DNA of 64,000 bases from Promethearchaeota archaeon (GCA_048940445.1 JBHLON010000001.1:64001-128000), one strand, 5' to 3'. Shown: positions 20,201 to 30,142, counted from the first letter of the stretch. Notes: generated from the sequence alone by a model not told the origin. Numbers and translations are program-made.

Positions 20201-21970
20201 TTTGATCCTATTAATTATAAAGGTATCATTCTCGATTACTTTGAATTAACAAACTATACAAATTCATATAGTCCCCAAATCAATTTTGATATTAATAGAG
20301 ATATTTCTTCAACAAGTGGATCAAAATTTGATGCTTATAGTATTACATGTACTTATAGTGATAAAGACAATAATTATCCTGAATTTATCTATATCGAGCT
20401 TGATGGAACTAATTATTCTATGATAAACTTGATTGGAAAATGGGATGCAAATTCTAGCATTAAATTTACTAGATCCTTATTATTAGGAAATATAGATAAT
20501 CGTACTTTTAGATTTCATACATCTGATGGACTACATTTGAATACTACTCCATGGTACAACGCAAATAACAATCTTTTTAATTTTATTAACCCTGTGCCCA
20601 ATCAATTTAATACTTATTATTATGAAAAGCAAATTGGATATAATTTTTCAAGCATGTCATTAGCCGAGTTCTATGTTTCAGGAAAACCAAATCCAAAAGA
20701 AAATACTGCTTGGTTTGGTAGTGATAATACTTGGCACCCAGTTTACCGTCTTGGTCAATATTATCTTTACGGTGGTATTGGGGAAAGCTTTGGTAGTTCG
20801 TCTCAAGGTTATGGTCCTAATTGGAATGCTAAATTAATAACCTATCCACTATACTTGAATGGAGAATATGACACTTATTTAAAATTTAATTTTGAAATCT
20901 CCTTACAAAATGAATATGGGATTTCGCAAGAAAATTTAGACAGTTGTATTGTTTCTCTATCTATCGATTATGGAGAAAATTGGATTATATTGAAGAAGTA
21001 TTTTTATGATAGTGAGACTTTGTCTGGAAATGAGTCATTAGATATTTCAGAATATGCAAATAAGGTTATTATGGTAATGTTTAGTTTAAAATCTAACGGT
21101 AATACTGTAGGGTTAGGATATGGATGGTTAATATCAGATATATATATAGGGTATGATAAAAATACAGATTTTATAAATCCAGATATCTATTTTATTAAAC
21201 CATTAGATCAAGAAATAATTAGCTCTATCTATCCCCTAATGGTATACATTTCTGATAATAACAAACTCGACAACTCAAGGATTTATATCTATATTGATGG
21301 AAACTTAATAGATAGACAATTGTATAGTTTTGATATTAATACAGGAATTTTAGGATTTAACTGGGATACTACTTATTACTCTGATGGAAGCCATCAAATA
21401 AAAGTAGTAGCTTTTGACGAGGAAGGCAATAAAGTTGAATCATCCATAGGTATATTCATACAAAATGGATTTTTCAATTGGAGATCGTGGGGCCCATGGA
21501 CATTAATTATTATAAGTATAATTATTATTAGTTTTATTTCCTACAAAATAGTTAAAAAGAGAGTTAGGATTAGAAAGAAAAGAATTATAGATAGACAAAA
21601 ATTAAAAATTGAACAATATGAAGTTGAGCAACTTTCGAAGATAAAACAAATTGATCTAGAGAAAGAAATTAAACTGCCCTTGACGTTACACTGCAAATAT
21701 TGTAAATCATGGTTCGAATCAGACAAATTTGATTATATTTGTCCTATTTGCGAACATGATCAACTATATGTGGCATATTATTGTACTAATTGTAATAATT
21801 GGTATTTTAAAGATGAACCTTCTGGGAATTATTATTGTAAAAATAAAGCGTGTCAAGGAATCAGATTGGTAAGGAGAGAAAGTGAGGAAGTAAAAGATTT
21901 ATTAGCAAAAGAAGGGATTTTATTAAGAAAATTTAAACATAAAAAGAATAGATTTAGTATTTTGGATTGA
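17222..21970 (+). CDS. Membrane-anchored S8 (subtilisin-like) serine protease with cytoplasmic zinc-ribbon tail
   Basis: IAVLDSG (Asp), GHGT (His), AAGN (oxyanion Asn), DIVAPG and GTSIST (Ser); beta-rich extracellular domains and an Ig-like domain; TM helix; CKYC/CPIC/CTNC/CKNKAC tail. Confidence 0.88.
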   Translation: MKVKIKCIYLLIVLFISNIGLLALHFNIYTPSTQLYSNSSSDYPQLSDTDKKPVIIFLNQSSYDQNAKIRFQSYGGILKNDNDWNNVFNGISGFAGIIPISNLTAFSSEFPEMNIETDEIIETQMNYASFQSGAKNSTWYLNGYKGNTDSSIAVLDSGVNAEQIYLKDKIVGGQSFVDKNSFLDEYGHGTLISSIIAGTGSEHYNSNTPSVINLHGNYTHAELFGYDPSPRNFTLKICSFNTSKLNSKIILNSSWNLIKPGIDKFWFELYCNNDLVNISEQVIPDQENIIRHQVIESGLGVYDFYLKYHRQTNKFPEFSFNSQASIFPEVYIKYNNHFTGIANSTQILSYKVINRTGIGYTSDLISALGSLIQNRSKYHIVSACLSIGMTGNDFGAISKAINEVIDNGIIVIIAAGNLGVKGTESTLNKLALKNNAIIVGAINDDDQICSYSGTGNELDIVAPGGSRLKNHRTIIGADAQSNFSTSATGTSISTAIVAAATNILIEVLWGNWSEWENQNFQERVKIIKSILLMTATETNNQREEDPSTSINESQYSPTSFSGISSSIKDEHEGYGRVNIQVAIDAISKSLEVNSSIYDYLYSSQEKPLGKHAFARRVNLVPNRQYVFNLTKIDRTANFDLYLFSNQSKKNGEPIILQTSRKWYRNSHYLYFTPKNNQTECIIIVKASYGYGNFTLKISEVNNIYFPQLKIPEISYYGGLKNTTVMGFQEFLGSNHPKNYSIDRYRFYINYYDNDSSNIPPQEVYVSIVELSRNFTMSQLNEMDTNYTDGVLFVSEYVELKKPRTYHYFFIGSDGSHRGRYPEVDELFISIEYPSDTKKFPYSHSFNNGLDNWIYNGTGWGLLFQNNFIDNRSGIYANNWSSMYFGAFHNYPSNYSYQPDLITKPYPNGTLYSPLFDLTQIDNQSTIPFARFGLRTSINSGDFIILQISLNWTNWITLRIYTNEETEWHIESFNLTEYLGFFIQFRLISLLDDNFDPINYKGIILDYFELTNYTNSYSPQINFDINRDISSTSGSKFDAYSITCTYSDKDNNYPEFIYIELDGTNYSMINLIGKWDANSSIKFTRSLLLGNIDNRTFRFHTSDGLHLNTTPWYNANNNLFNFINPVPNQFNTYYYEKQIGYNFSSMSLAEFYVSGKPNPKENTAWFGSDNTWHPVYRLGQYYLYGGIGESFGSSSQGYGPNWNAKLITYPLYLNGEYDTYLKFNFEISLQNEYGISQENLDSCIVSLSIDYGENWIILKKYFYDSETLSGNESLDISEYANKVIMVMFSLKSNGNTVGLGYGWLISDIYIGYDKNTDFINPDIYFIKPLDQEIISSIYPLMVYISDNNKLDNSRIYIYIDGNLIDRQLYSFDINTGILGFNWDTTYYSDGSHQIKVVAFDEEGNKVESSIGIFIQNGFFNWRSWGPWTLIIISIIIISFISYKIVKKRVRIRKKRIIDRQKLKIEQYEVEQLSKIKQIDLEKEIKLPLTLHCKYCKSWFESDKFDYICPICEHDQLYVAYYCTNCNNWYFKDEPSGNYYCKNKACQGIRLVRRESEEVKDLLAKEGILLRKFKHKKNRFSILD

Positions 21971-21993
21971 GTTTAGAATAAACAGGTGATTTC

Positions 21994-24957
21994 TTGGGAA
22001 TAAAGAAGCTTCTATACATGGTTAAAAGTAGAATTAATTTAAAGTTCATTAAACATACTTGGTTAAGCTTAAAAAGAGACAAGACCAAAGCGGTGTTTGC
22101 TATACTAGGAATTATGATTTCAATTACTCTTTTAACAGCAATAGGTATGGTAAACGATACGATGTCCTATAATTATATGCAGATAATAACTAGCAGTACA
22201 GGAAATGCCGATATTATGATTTCAAAAAGAGTACAATCAGATATTAGTTATGATCCTTTCTTTGATGAAAATCTTATAGATAATGACTTACAAAATATTG
22301 AAGGTGTTCAAGAATTCTTTCCTAGAATAATGATGTTTGTGAGAGTATCAGCTAATAACACAAATACAAATGCAACTTTAGAATTATATGGTTTAGATTT
22401 TTTAAAGGAAGCATATAATGGTCATATGGGAAACTTAGCACTAGTTGATCAATACGGTCTAACAACTGGAAATCTATATTTAGATGAACCAAAAGCAGGG
22501 GAATGTGTGATCTTATGGAAAGTCGCAGAATTATTAAACGTAACTACAGGCGATTATATTCATCTTGAATACATTCAAAATGAAATTGATCTAGAAATTG
22601 TAGCAATTTGCAAGCAAGATCTTAAATTTTCGGAATTTGAAAACTCTTTGATACTAGTTAATATTCAGCAAGCACAATCAATTTTAGATAAACCAAATAG
22701 CATTAACTTCATTTATGGAACTTTAAAAAATCCTGAGTCTATATATGACATACGAGATGTAGCAGCCACACAAAGTAAATTAAGGGTAATTGGAACCAGA
22801 ATTCAATTACGCTTAGATATCAATGAGTTTTCTGTTGCAATGCCGAAGTTAGAAGAAATTGGAGCGCAAGAATTTATGTTAATCGCAATGACAGTAATTT
22901 TTTGGTTTATCACACTTATTGGAATGTTGATAACTGGTATATTGATTAATTCAATATTATCCACTTCATCTGAAGAAAGACAAAGAGAATATGGAATTTT
23001 GAGAGTTGTTGGAGGGAAAAAGACATTTCCAATTAAAGTGGTGTTATTTGAAGGTGTTTTAATCGGAACAATTGGAGCAATTTTAGGGATAATAATTGGA
23101 TTATTACTAACTCCACCAATAGTTAACTTTTTATTTGTTATGACTGGTTTTCGACTTCAAAATGTAGTATATATTATCCAACCTCAAACTGTACTTCTTG
23201 CTTTCGCTATAGGTGCTGGAGGAGCGACGGTTGTTGCATTATTACCCGCTTTTAAAACAGCTAAAATAAATTTAATTAAATCTATTACTCCTTTTCGGGC
23301 AAAAGAAGAAGGATGGGAAGTTAAGAAGGAAGGGAGTATGAATGTCAAAAGCTTTCTTGTAGGAATCTCAATAGCAACAATTGGTATGGTTGTATTTATA
23401 CTTCTACCAAATATAGTGGTTACTGGTGAATTTATGTTAATTGCTGGTTTATTTATTGGTTTGCTTTGTGCAATTTTAATTGGTCTAGTATTCGCTTCCG
23501 TAGGTATTGTACCGCTAATTCAGCAAATTTTTTTAGGAATAATTAAACCATTTATACGCAAGTATGCTAACATAATTAGTATCTCATTAAAACGCAATCG
23601 AAGACGAAATACTAGTACAATTGTTATGTTTGCAATTAGTTTTTCATTTATTTTCTTTATCACGAGCGTCACTCAGATGGAATCGGAAAATACATCTTTA
23701 AATTTGCAGTTTCAATATGGTTCAGACCTAGTTATTGTCAATCAAGGATTAGAAGGAGAGCCTAACGCTATAACATTAGAAATGGCAGAAGAAATAAAGG
23801 ATCTTCAGGGGGTTGAAGATGTTGCTATTACTTTATTTAACATGTTTGATATTACCTCTGCTATATCACTCATCTACAGCTTTAGTGAAGGTGGTGGAAT
23901 GTTTGATGAAGAGTCAATTAATGAAGCATTTCTTAATATCTTTGAGTTCTATAAGGAACAATCAGAAAGAAAGTACAAAGTAGTAGCTTCAGATATCCCT
24001 GAATTTGAACCTCTTGAAGTAGGCTTCATCGGAATTGAAGAAAACTTTATTAATTTGATTGATAAGGACCTAATTATCTGGAATAGTCCTGGGAGTGGGA
24101 CAGAATATTCCTATAATCGACTTTTTAGTCATAATGATACTTGCGTCATTTCAGAAGCAATCGCAACAGTTCTTGGCATTAAAGAAGTAGGAGAAAAAAT
24201 ATTACTTTCGTTCTATGAAAATGAGACTAAGGAAGTCAGAAATCCTTTAATATTTACAGTTTGTGGAATATCTGGTGGAATTCCCGGTTTCTTTAACTTT
24301 AGAAGTTCTGTTTCAATGGCAGAAGGAGGGGGAGTAATGGTTTCTTTGGAGAATTATATTAGATTAATGGGTATAGAAAATCCGGGAAATCCTGAAATGA
24401 CTGTAGACAAAATTTTTTTAAGTTTAATCGACAAATCAGAAGAAAGTATTGAACAAACAAAGGAAGATATTCAAGCTTCATACGAGAATAAAGCCTTTTT
24501 CATTGATGATGCTGTTTCGAAAATAAACTTTCTTAGTGATATGTACAAACGACAAAGTACTTTAATGGAAATTATTAATTGGTTTGCTATTGCAATAGCA
24601 ATTTTTGGATTAATAAGCTCTATGTATGCTGTTATGCTCGAAAGAAAGTTTGAAATTGGAATTTTAAGATCGCTTGGTATGAAAGTTAAAAATGTAAGGA
24701 ATTTATTTTTAATCGAGAGTATGATTTTAATGCTTTCAAGTGGAACTATGGGAACATTAATCGGAACCTTTTGTGCATATATGTTAGAATCTAATTTGGG
24801 ATTAATAACAGAGATGCCAATTGTTTTTGATATTCCATTTGACATTTTATTTCGAGTTTACTTTATTTCAATAATTGTTGGCTTTATAGGGATGTATATT
24901 ATACTAATTCGGTTAAGTAGGCAAACAGTAATGGATATATTTAGACAAACCTTCTAA
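21994..24957 (+). CDS. ABC permease, duplicated FtsX/MacB type (permease 2)
   Basis: SEERQREYGILRVVGG and MLERKFEIGILRSLGM FtsX motifs; collinear paralog of permease 1 (YGSDL; C-termini DIYRETM vs DIFRQTF). Confidence 0.92.
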   Translation: MGIKKLLYMVKSRINLKFIKHTWLSLKRDKTKAVFAILGIMISITLLTAIGMVNDTMSYNYMQIITSSTGNADIMISKRVQSDISYDPFFDENLIDNDLQNIEGVQEFFPRIMMFVRVSANNTNTNATLELYGLDFLKEAYNGHMGNLALVDQYGLTTGNLYLDEPKAGECVILWKVAELLNVTTGDYIHLEYIQNEIDLEIVAICKQDLKFSEFENSLILVNIQQAQSILDKPNSINFIYGTLKNPESIYDIRDVAATQSKLRVIGTRIQLRLDINEFSVAMPKLEEIGAQEFMLIAMTVIFWFITLIGMLITGILINSILSTSSEERQREYGILRVVGGKKTFPIKVVLFEGVLIGTIGAILGIIIGLLLTPPIVNFLFVMTGFRLQNVVYIIQPQTVLLAFAIGAGGATVVALLPAFKTAKINLIKSITPFRAKEEGWEVKKEGSMNVKSFLVGISIATIGMVVFILLPNIVVTGEFMLIAGLFIGLLCAILIGLVFASVGIVPLIQQIFLGIIKPFIRKYANIISISLKRNRRRNTSTIVMFAISFSFIFFITSVTQMESENTSLNLQFQYGSDLVIVNQGLEGEPNAITLEMAEEIKDLQGVEDVAITLFNMFDITSAISLIYSFSEGGGMFDEESINEAFLNIFEFYKEQSERKYKVVASDIPEFEPLEVGFIGIEENFINLIDKDLIIWNSPGSGTEYSYNRLFSHNDTCVISEAIATVLGIKEVGEKILLSFYENETKEVRNPLIFTVCGISGGIPGFFNFRSSVSMAEGGGVMVSLENYIRLMGIENPGNPEMTVDKIFLSLIDKSEESIEQTKEDIQASYENKAFFIDDAVSKINFLSDMYKRQSTLMEIINWFAIAIAIFGLISSMYAVMLERKFEIGILRSLGMKVKNVRNLFLIESMILMLSSGTMGTLIGTFCAYMLESNLGLITEMPIVFDIPFDILFRVYFISIIVGFIGMYIILIRLSRQTVMDIFRQTF

Positions 24958-24965
24958 TAGAGCAT

Positions 24966-25550
24966 TTATATACTTCCCAGGAATTCAATCATTTTTCTCC
25001 AAGCTATACCTCTATGAGAAATATGATTCTTTTCTTTAGTTGTTAGTTCAGCAAACGTTTTATTCTGAATTCCATCGGGAATAAAAATTGGATCGAATCC
25101 AAATCCACTAGCACCCTTTATTGACTCCGAAATTTTTCCATTTATCCTTCCCTCAAAAAAGTAGTCTTTACCTAGAGGTTTGAAAAATAATGCAATAACA
25201 GTTAAAAAATGAGCTTCAGTAAGTTCAAAGTTATCAATCAATCGCAAGATTCCTTGATTTCCAATCGTTTTAAAAACATAAGAAGAATAAACACCAGGGA
25301 ACCCATTAAGAGGTTTATCAACAAAAAAGCCTGCATCCTCTATAAAACAAGAGCCTTTAACAGATAATTTTACGCTATTTAATTTAAAAGAGGCATTTTC
25401 TTTAATTGAATCTGCTTGAATTTCAGTAGTTTTAACCTTTAACTGTTTTAATACAAAGTTTAACTTCTCACTTTCAAACATTTTAGAGATTTCATTAAAT
25501 TTATAATTATTTGTGGTGATAAAATAAATCAGTTTTTCTTCTTTTCCCAT
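24966..25550 (-). CDS. rdgB: Non-canonical purine NTP pyrophosphatase (RdgB/HAM1 family)
   Basis: FITTNNYKFNE, EDAG, GFPGVYS, GFGFDPIF and SHRG motifs. Confidence 0.95.
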   Translation of the reverse strand: MGKEEKLIYFITTNNYKFNEISKMFESEKLNFVLKQLKVKTTEIQADSIKENASFKLNSVKLSVKGSCFIEDAGFFVDKPLNGFPGVYSSYVFKTIGNQGILRLIDNFELTEAHFLTVIALFFKPLGKDYFFEGRINGKISESIKGASGFGFDPIFIPDGIQNKTFAELTTKEKNHISHRGIAWRKMIEFLGSI

Positions 25551-25689
25551 AATTATTATAATTTGTTAGAATTTATTTAGGTATAGGACATATCTCACTT
25601 AAAATAAATTAAAATTCCAAAATTTTATTTTGATAAGTTCATTTAGATTTATATCTAGTTAATAGTTGACTGAATATATCTGTGATATC

Positions 25690-26148
25690 ATGGCTAGAAT
25701 GCATAGTAGGAAAAAAGGAAAATCTGGTTCCACAAGACCAGCAAGACTTGATCCCCCCCCATGGATTGAGTTATCAGGAGAAGAAGTAGAAAATGAAGTA
25801 GTGAAGTTAGCAAGAAGAGGATTTTCTCAATCTAGGATTGGTATTATGCTTCGAGATTCATATGGTGTTCCACTGGTAAAAGTCGTTACAGGCAAATCCA
25901 TCAGCCAAATACTTGAAGAAAATCAAATTGAATCACCATTACCAGAAGATTTATCCAACTTAGTCAAAAAAGCATTAAGTATTAGGAAACATTTGGAAAC
26001 TAATCATAAAGATTTGGAAGCTAAAAAAGGGCTTAATAGAACTGAGTCAAAAGTTTATAGATTGATTAGATATTATAAAAAGAAAGGATATCTCGAACCA
26101 GATTTTAAATATGATCCCGAAAAGATAAGAACAATAGTAATGAGGTAA
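25690..26148 (+). CDS. rps15: 30S ribosomal protein uS15 (S15P/S13e)
   Basis: MARMHSRKKGKSGSTRP start at ATG 25690; PEDL..L..KA..IRKHL..N.KD; ESKVYRL.RYYK. Confidence 0.98.
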   Translation: MARMHSRKKGKSGSTRPARLDPPPWIELSGEEVENEVVKLARRGFSQSRIGIMLRDSYGVPLVKVVTGKSISQILEENQIESPLPEDLSNLVKKALSIRKHLETNHKDLEAKKGLNRTESKVYRLIRYYKKKGYLEPDFKYDPEKIRTIVMR

Positions 26149-26154
26149 AATGTA

Positions 26155-26943
26155 TTGAGTCAGAAGACAAAAAAAAGAAAAGCTAAAGTCAAAAAAGTAA
26201 CTTTCAAAGAAAAGAATTGGTATCCTGTAATTGCTCCCAAAAGTTTCAACTTTAGAGAAATTGGTGAGGTAATAGGATTACCAAATAACTTAATCGGAAG
26301 AACTCTTGAGATATTGCTTTATGATATTACAGATGATTATTCTGATATTAGTCTAAAGTTAAGATTCAAGATATCGGAAGCGAATTCTGAAAAAGGTGTT
26401 TGTAACAGCATATTTTGGGGACATCAATATACCAATGATTATGTACGTTCACTAATAGGAAGAGGAAGTTCTAAAGTTCAAGTAATATTAAATTTGGTCA
26501 CAAAGGATGAGTGGGGGTTTCGATTAACTGTGATATGTACAACAATAAGGAGAGCACGGAGTTCACAGCAGATTGTTATTAGAAAAATTATAATGGAAAT
26601 TTTAAGAGAATTTGCCAAAAATCTTAATCATGAAAAATTCATTAATGGAATTATATATCACGAATTTGAAAATCAAATTAATAGAGTTGCTAAAACAATA
26701 TATCCTTTATCCAATTGCTCGATAATTAAAAGTAAAATAATTTCTATACCTGAAGGAGGGGAAGATAAAGAGTACATATCTAAGGAAGAAGAATTTGATA
26801 TCGTTGAAGTCGAGGTAAAACGTACTCGAAAAAGCGAAATAAGAAGAACTGAAAGGATTAATGTTGCCAAATTAGCAAAAAACAAAACAGCACCTGCAGA
26901 AACAAGCGAATCTGAAACTGAAAATTCAGAAACAGAGGAATAA
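26155..26943 (+). CDS. rps3ae: 30S ribosomal protein eS1 (S3Ae)
   Basis: K.WY.VIAPK.F, GRTLE, DYVRSLI.R.SSK, IYPL; follows uS15; acidic tail. Confidence 0.95.
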   Translation: MSQKTKKRKAKVKKVTFKEKNWYPVIAPKSFNFREIGEVIGLPNNLIGRTLEILLYDITDDYSDISLKLRFKISEANSEKGVCNSIFWGHQYTNDYVRSLIGRGSSKVQVILNLVTKDEWGFRLTVICTTIRRARSSQQIVIRKIIMEILREFAKNLNHEKFINGIIYHEFENQINRVAKTIYPLSNCSIIKSKIISIPEGGEDKEYISKEEEFDIVEVEVKRTRKSEIRRTERINVAKLAKNKTAPAETSESETENSETEE

Positions 26944-27068
26944 CATTAAATATATCTAATTTGTTATAACAATTTTTGAACGAATCATTCTATTTTTTAA
27001 GCATTAATTTTATTACTCTCAAAGTTTAATTATTTAATTGTAATCAATTATTTATTCAAGGTTTTCAG

Positions 27069-28799
27069 ATGTCAAATAAAGAGGGAAATCAGAATAATCC
27101 TTATTCATTTGATGATTATCTCTATGTAAGAAATAACTTTAATTATTATCGAGACGATCCATTTCTACAAGCTCTAGTGAAACATTATTCTCCTAAAACA
27201 GAATATGACACCATTGATCGTGACCTTAACGCTCTCTCTGATTATGTCTCATATAAATGGAGAGATTTAGCTGATAAAGCGGCAGAACTTGAAAATCGAT
27301 TGAAGGTTACTAAAATTAAGCATTATGATGCTCATAACCATCGAATAGATAGAATTGAACGCTGTTGGGAAACAGAGACTTTAGAACGCGAAATTTTTAG
27401 CCTTGGACTTTGGGATCCAAATAGGAATTCTGCTTGGAGTCGCTTCATTAAAATGCTTTTGCTATATGAAAATGGAGAGTTTGGGGTTATGTGCCCTATT
27501 GCCTGTACTCATGGACTTATTTGGATTTTGCAGAAATATGAAAGTGAATTGTCTCCTGAAGCTCATGAGATACTCAATCATTTAAGAGAAGGAAAAAATG
27601 ATGAATATGGAAAAGGAGCTCAATTTGTTAGTGAAATCCAAGGAGGTAGTGACGTACCAGCAAATCTTGTTGAAGCTGTATTTGAAGAGAAAAAAGGTGA
27701 AGATGGATTTTCAAATGTTTGGAGAATTTATGGGAAAAAGTTCTTCTGTTCAGCAGCTCATACAGATTATGCTCTTGTTACTGCTAAACCAAAAAATACC
27801 CCTTCCTCGACTCGAATAGCTGCGTTTGTAGTTCCATCATGGCTTCCAGATAATAAAAAGAGTGAAATAAGAAATTCTTATACTATAGATCGATTAAAAC
27901 CAAAATTGGGGACTGCTGAATTACCTACAGCAGAAATTACTTATAATGGAGCAGTTGCATATCCAATTGGTCCTCTCGAAAAGGGTTTAGCTGATGTAGT
28001 AGGTATTGTTCTTTCATTGTCTAGATTGCACGTAGCATTTGGTATGGCAGCAGGAGCCTTGAGAGTAGCAAGAGAAGCAATTTTATATACTCAATTTCGA
28101 AGCGCGTTTGGAGTACCAATATCATCCTTTCCAATGCTAGTAAATCAAATCAATGAATTAAATCATTTTGCAAAAAGATCTGTTGCAGGTGTATTTAAAA
28201 TTTTTTCAGAATTTATTCAATTTGGGGAAGAATTAATTAGCGGGATAAGAGATCTACAAAAAATTGAAAATATCGAAGAACGTAGGCGTAGATTCCGCTT
28301 AAGAGAATTGATTATGCTCCAAAAGATTGTAGTAGCAGATGAATCCCCTAAAATGATTAGAAGAGCAATCTCATTTTTTGGAGGTCATGGTGTAATAGAA
28401 GATTTTCTCTCGTTATCTCGATTTCATAGGGATTCTATGATTATGGAACTCTGGGAAGGTCCTAGATTAGTTTTACTTACTCAAATTCATCGAGATTTTC
28501 AGAGGGTGAGAGATTGGTATTCACCGGATGAATTTGTTAGAGATCTATTAAAAGGAAGTAATACTGAGTTAATTGAAGATTATGCCAATAGATTTTCACG
28601 AATTATATCCCATGAAAGCTTATTAAGAAATGATGAGAGAACTCTGGAAGTGTGTCAGGAGTGGGAAGATTTTTCAACTAGGCTATTCATCGCCTACCAA
28701 GAACAAGCTCTTACGGAGATAAATTACAAAGAAAAACCTTTTAAGTTTTCTAAATTATTGCGTCAATTTAAGGAAAGAGAAAAGTTAAAAGGATACTAA
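27069..28799 (+). CDS. Acyl-CoA dehydrogenase family protein (AidB-like)
   Basis: CPIACT, SEIQGGSDV, YGKKFFCS, RLKPKLGT, FFGGHGVIED and ELWEG motifs. Confidence 0.9.
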   Translation: MSNKEGNQNNPYSFDDYLYVRNNFNYYRDDPFLQALVKHYSPKTEYDTIDRDLNALSDYVSYKWRDLADKAAELENRLKVTKIKHYDAHNHRIDRIERCWETETLEREIFSLGLWDPNRNSAWSRFIKMLLLYENGEFGVMCPIACTHGLIWILQKYESELSPEAHEILNHLREGKNDEYGKGAQFVSEIQGGSDVPANLVEAVFEEKKGEDGFSNVWRIYGKKFFCSAAHTDYALVTAKPKNTPSSTRIAAFVVPSWLPDNKKSEIRNSYTIDRLKPKLGTAELPTAEITYNGAVAYPIGPLEKGLADVVGIVLSLSRLHVAFGMAAGALRVAREAILYTQFRSAFGVPISSFPMLVNQINELNHFAKRSVAGVFKIFSEFIQFGEELISGIRDLQKIENIEERRRRFRLRELIMLQKIVVADESPKMIRRAISFFGGHGVIEDFLSLSRFHRDSMIMELWEGPRLVLLTQIHRDFQRVRDWYSPDEFVRDLLKGSNTELIEDYANRFSRIISHESLLRNDERTLEVCQEWEDFSTRLFIAYQEQALTEINYKEKPFKFSKLLRQFKEREKLKGY

Positions 28800-28800
28800 T

Positions 28801-30111
28801 TTATTTTGTTTTTTCATTGTAGAAAGGATTTGTTTTTTTTATTAATTTTCCGTTAGAATCTTGATAAAAAAGTGTATTTGATAACAAATTTTCATTTACA
28901 AGAGTATGAGCTCCTATAATAGTATCTTCTCCAATAATTTTTCCACACATTATACTTGAATTAATTCCAGTTTGAGAATTAGGACCAATAATAGCCCCCA
29001 ATTTTCTTCTACCTGAATCTATTAATTGATTATTAATTTTCATCTTGATATTTTTGTTGTCAAATCTTAAATTCGATATCTTTGTCCCAGCACCAAGATT
29101 TACCTTTTCACAAATTATTGAATCACCCACATAATTGAAATGAGGAATAGATGTATTCGAAAAGATTATTGAGTTTTTAATTTCTGACATACCAATATGA
29201 CAAGAATCTCCAATCGATGAATACGGCCTTATAAATGCGTTTGGTCCTATTAAGCAATTAGTTCCAATAAAGCATGGTCCTTGTATATATGTCCCTGAGC
29301 GTACCTTAGTTCCTTCTCCAATAAATACATTCTCTGAAATAAAGACATTTTTTTCTGCGTTACCTAAATTTTTTGCCTCTTGTGTGTCTAATACATGCTT
29401 ATTAGCTTCTAAAAGCTGCCATGGTAATCCAATATCGTTCCAAAATAAATTTTGAAGATTATATCCATAAATTGTGCCTTTCATCTCATTGAGAAGAATT
29501 TTCATAGAATCAGTAAATTCATATTCTCCTCTAACTGATTTTTTCGTTTTTTCAATCGCTTCAAATATATTAGATTTAAATAAATATATTCCAGCATTCG
29601 CTAAATTACCGGCATGTAACTCTTGAGAAGGTTTTTCGATAATGCTTTTTACAAATCCTTTTGAATCAAGTGTAATTACTCCATAATTTTGGGGGTCTCC
29701 CACTTCAACTAAGGAAATTATTCCATCACATTGAATTGATTTAAAATTTTGAATCAATTGACTAAAAAGATTTGAATCTACTAAGATATCTCCATACATA
29801 AAAAGGAAGTCATCATTCTTCACAAATTCTCTGGCATAACTAGCAGCATGAGCAGTACCTAGATATACTTCTTGGGTCACATAATTTATATCGATATTAA
29901 ATTTATCCCTACTTTTTCCAAAATAATCTTTAATCATTTCTTCTTTATATCCTACAATTAGCAGGAGTTGGTCTATTCCTGAATCTATTAAACCCAAAAT
30001 ACTATGTTCTAATATAGGTTTTCCAGCTATAGGTATAAGAGGTTTTGGTCTTGTGGCAGTTATTGGTCTAAGTCTCTTTCCCTTTCCAGCTGCCAAAATA
30101 ACAGCTTTCAT
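28801..30111 (-). CDS. glmU: Bifunctional sugar-1-phosphate nucleotidylyltransferase/acetyltransferase (archaeal GlmU-like)
   Basis: LAAGKGKRLRPIT..RPKPL, GTAHA and EKP, plus an LbH domain with PHFNYVGDS and NLRFD. Confidence 0.9.
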   Translation of the reverse strand: MKAVILAAGKGKRLRPITATRPKPLIPIAGKPILEHSILGLIDSGIDQLLLIVGYKEEMIKDYFGKSRDKFNIDINYVTQEVYLGTAHAASYAREFVKNDDFLFMYGDILVDSNLFSQLIQNFKSIQCDGIISLVEVGDPQNYGVITLDSKGFVKSIIEKPSQELHAGNLANAGIYLFKSNIFEAIEKTKKSVRGEYEFTDSMKILLNEMKGTIYGYNLQNLFWNDIGLPWQLLEANKHVLDTQEAKNLGNAEKNVFISENVFIGEGTKVRSGTYIQGPCFIGTNCLIGPNAFIRPYSSIGDSCHIGMSEIKNSIIFSNTSIPHFNYVGDSIICEKVNLGAGTKISNLRFDNKNIKMKINNQLIDSGRRKLGAIIGPNSQTGINSSIMCGKIIGEDTIIGAHTLVNENLLSNTLFYQDSNGKLIKKTNPFYNEKTK

Positions 30112-30142
30112 ACATATTATAAAAAGAGCATATTATTAGAAA

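Noticed and set aside
25666-25689. TTG start for uS15
   Set aside because: The conserved N-terminus MARMH begins at ATG 25690.
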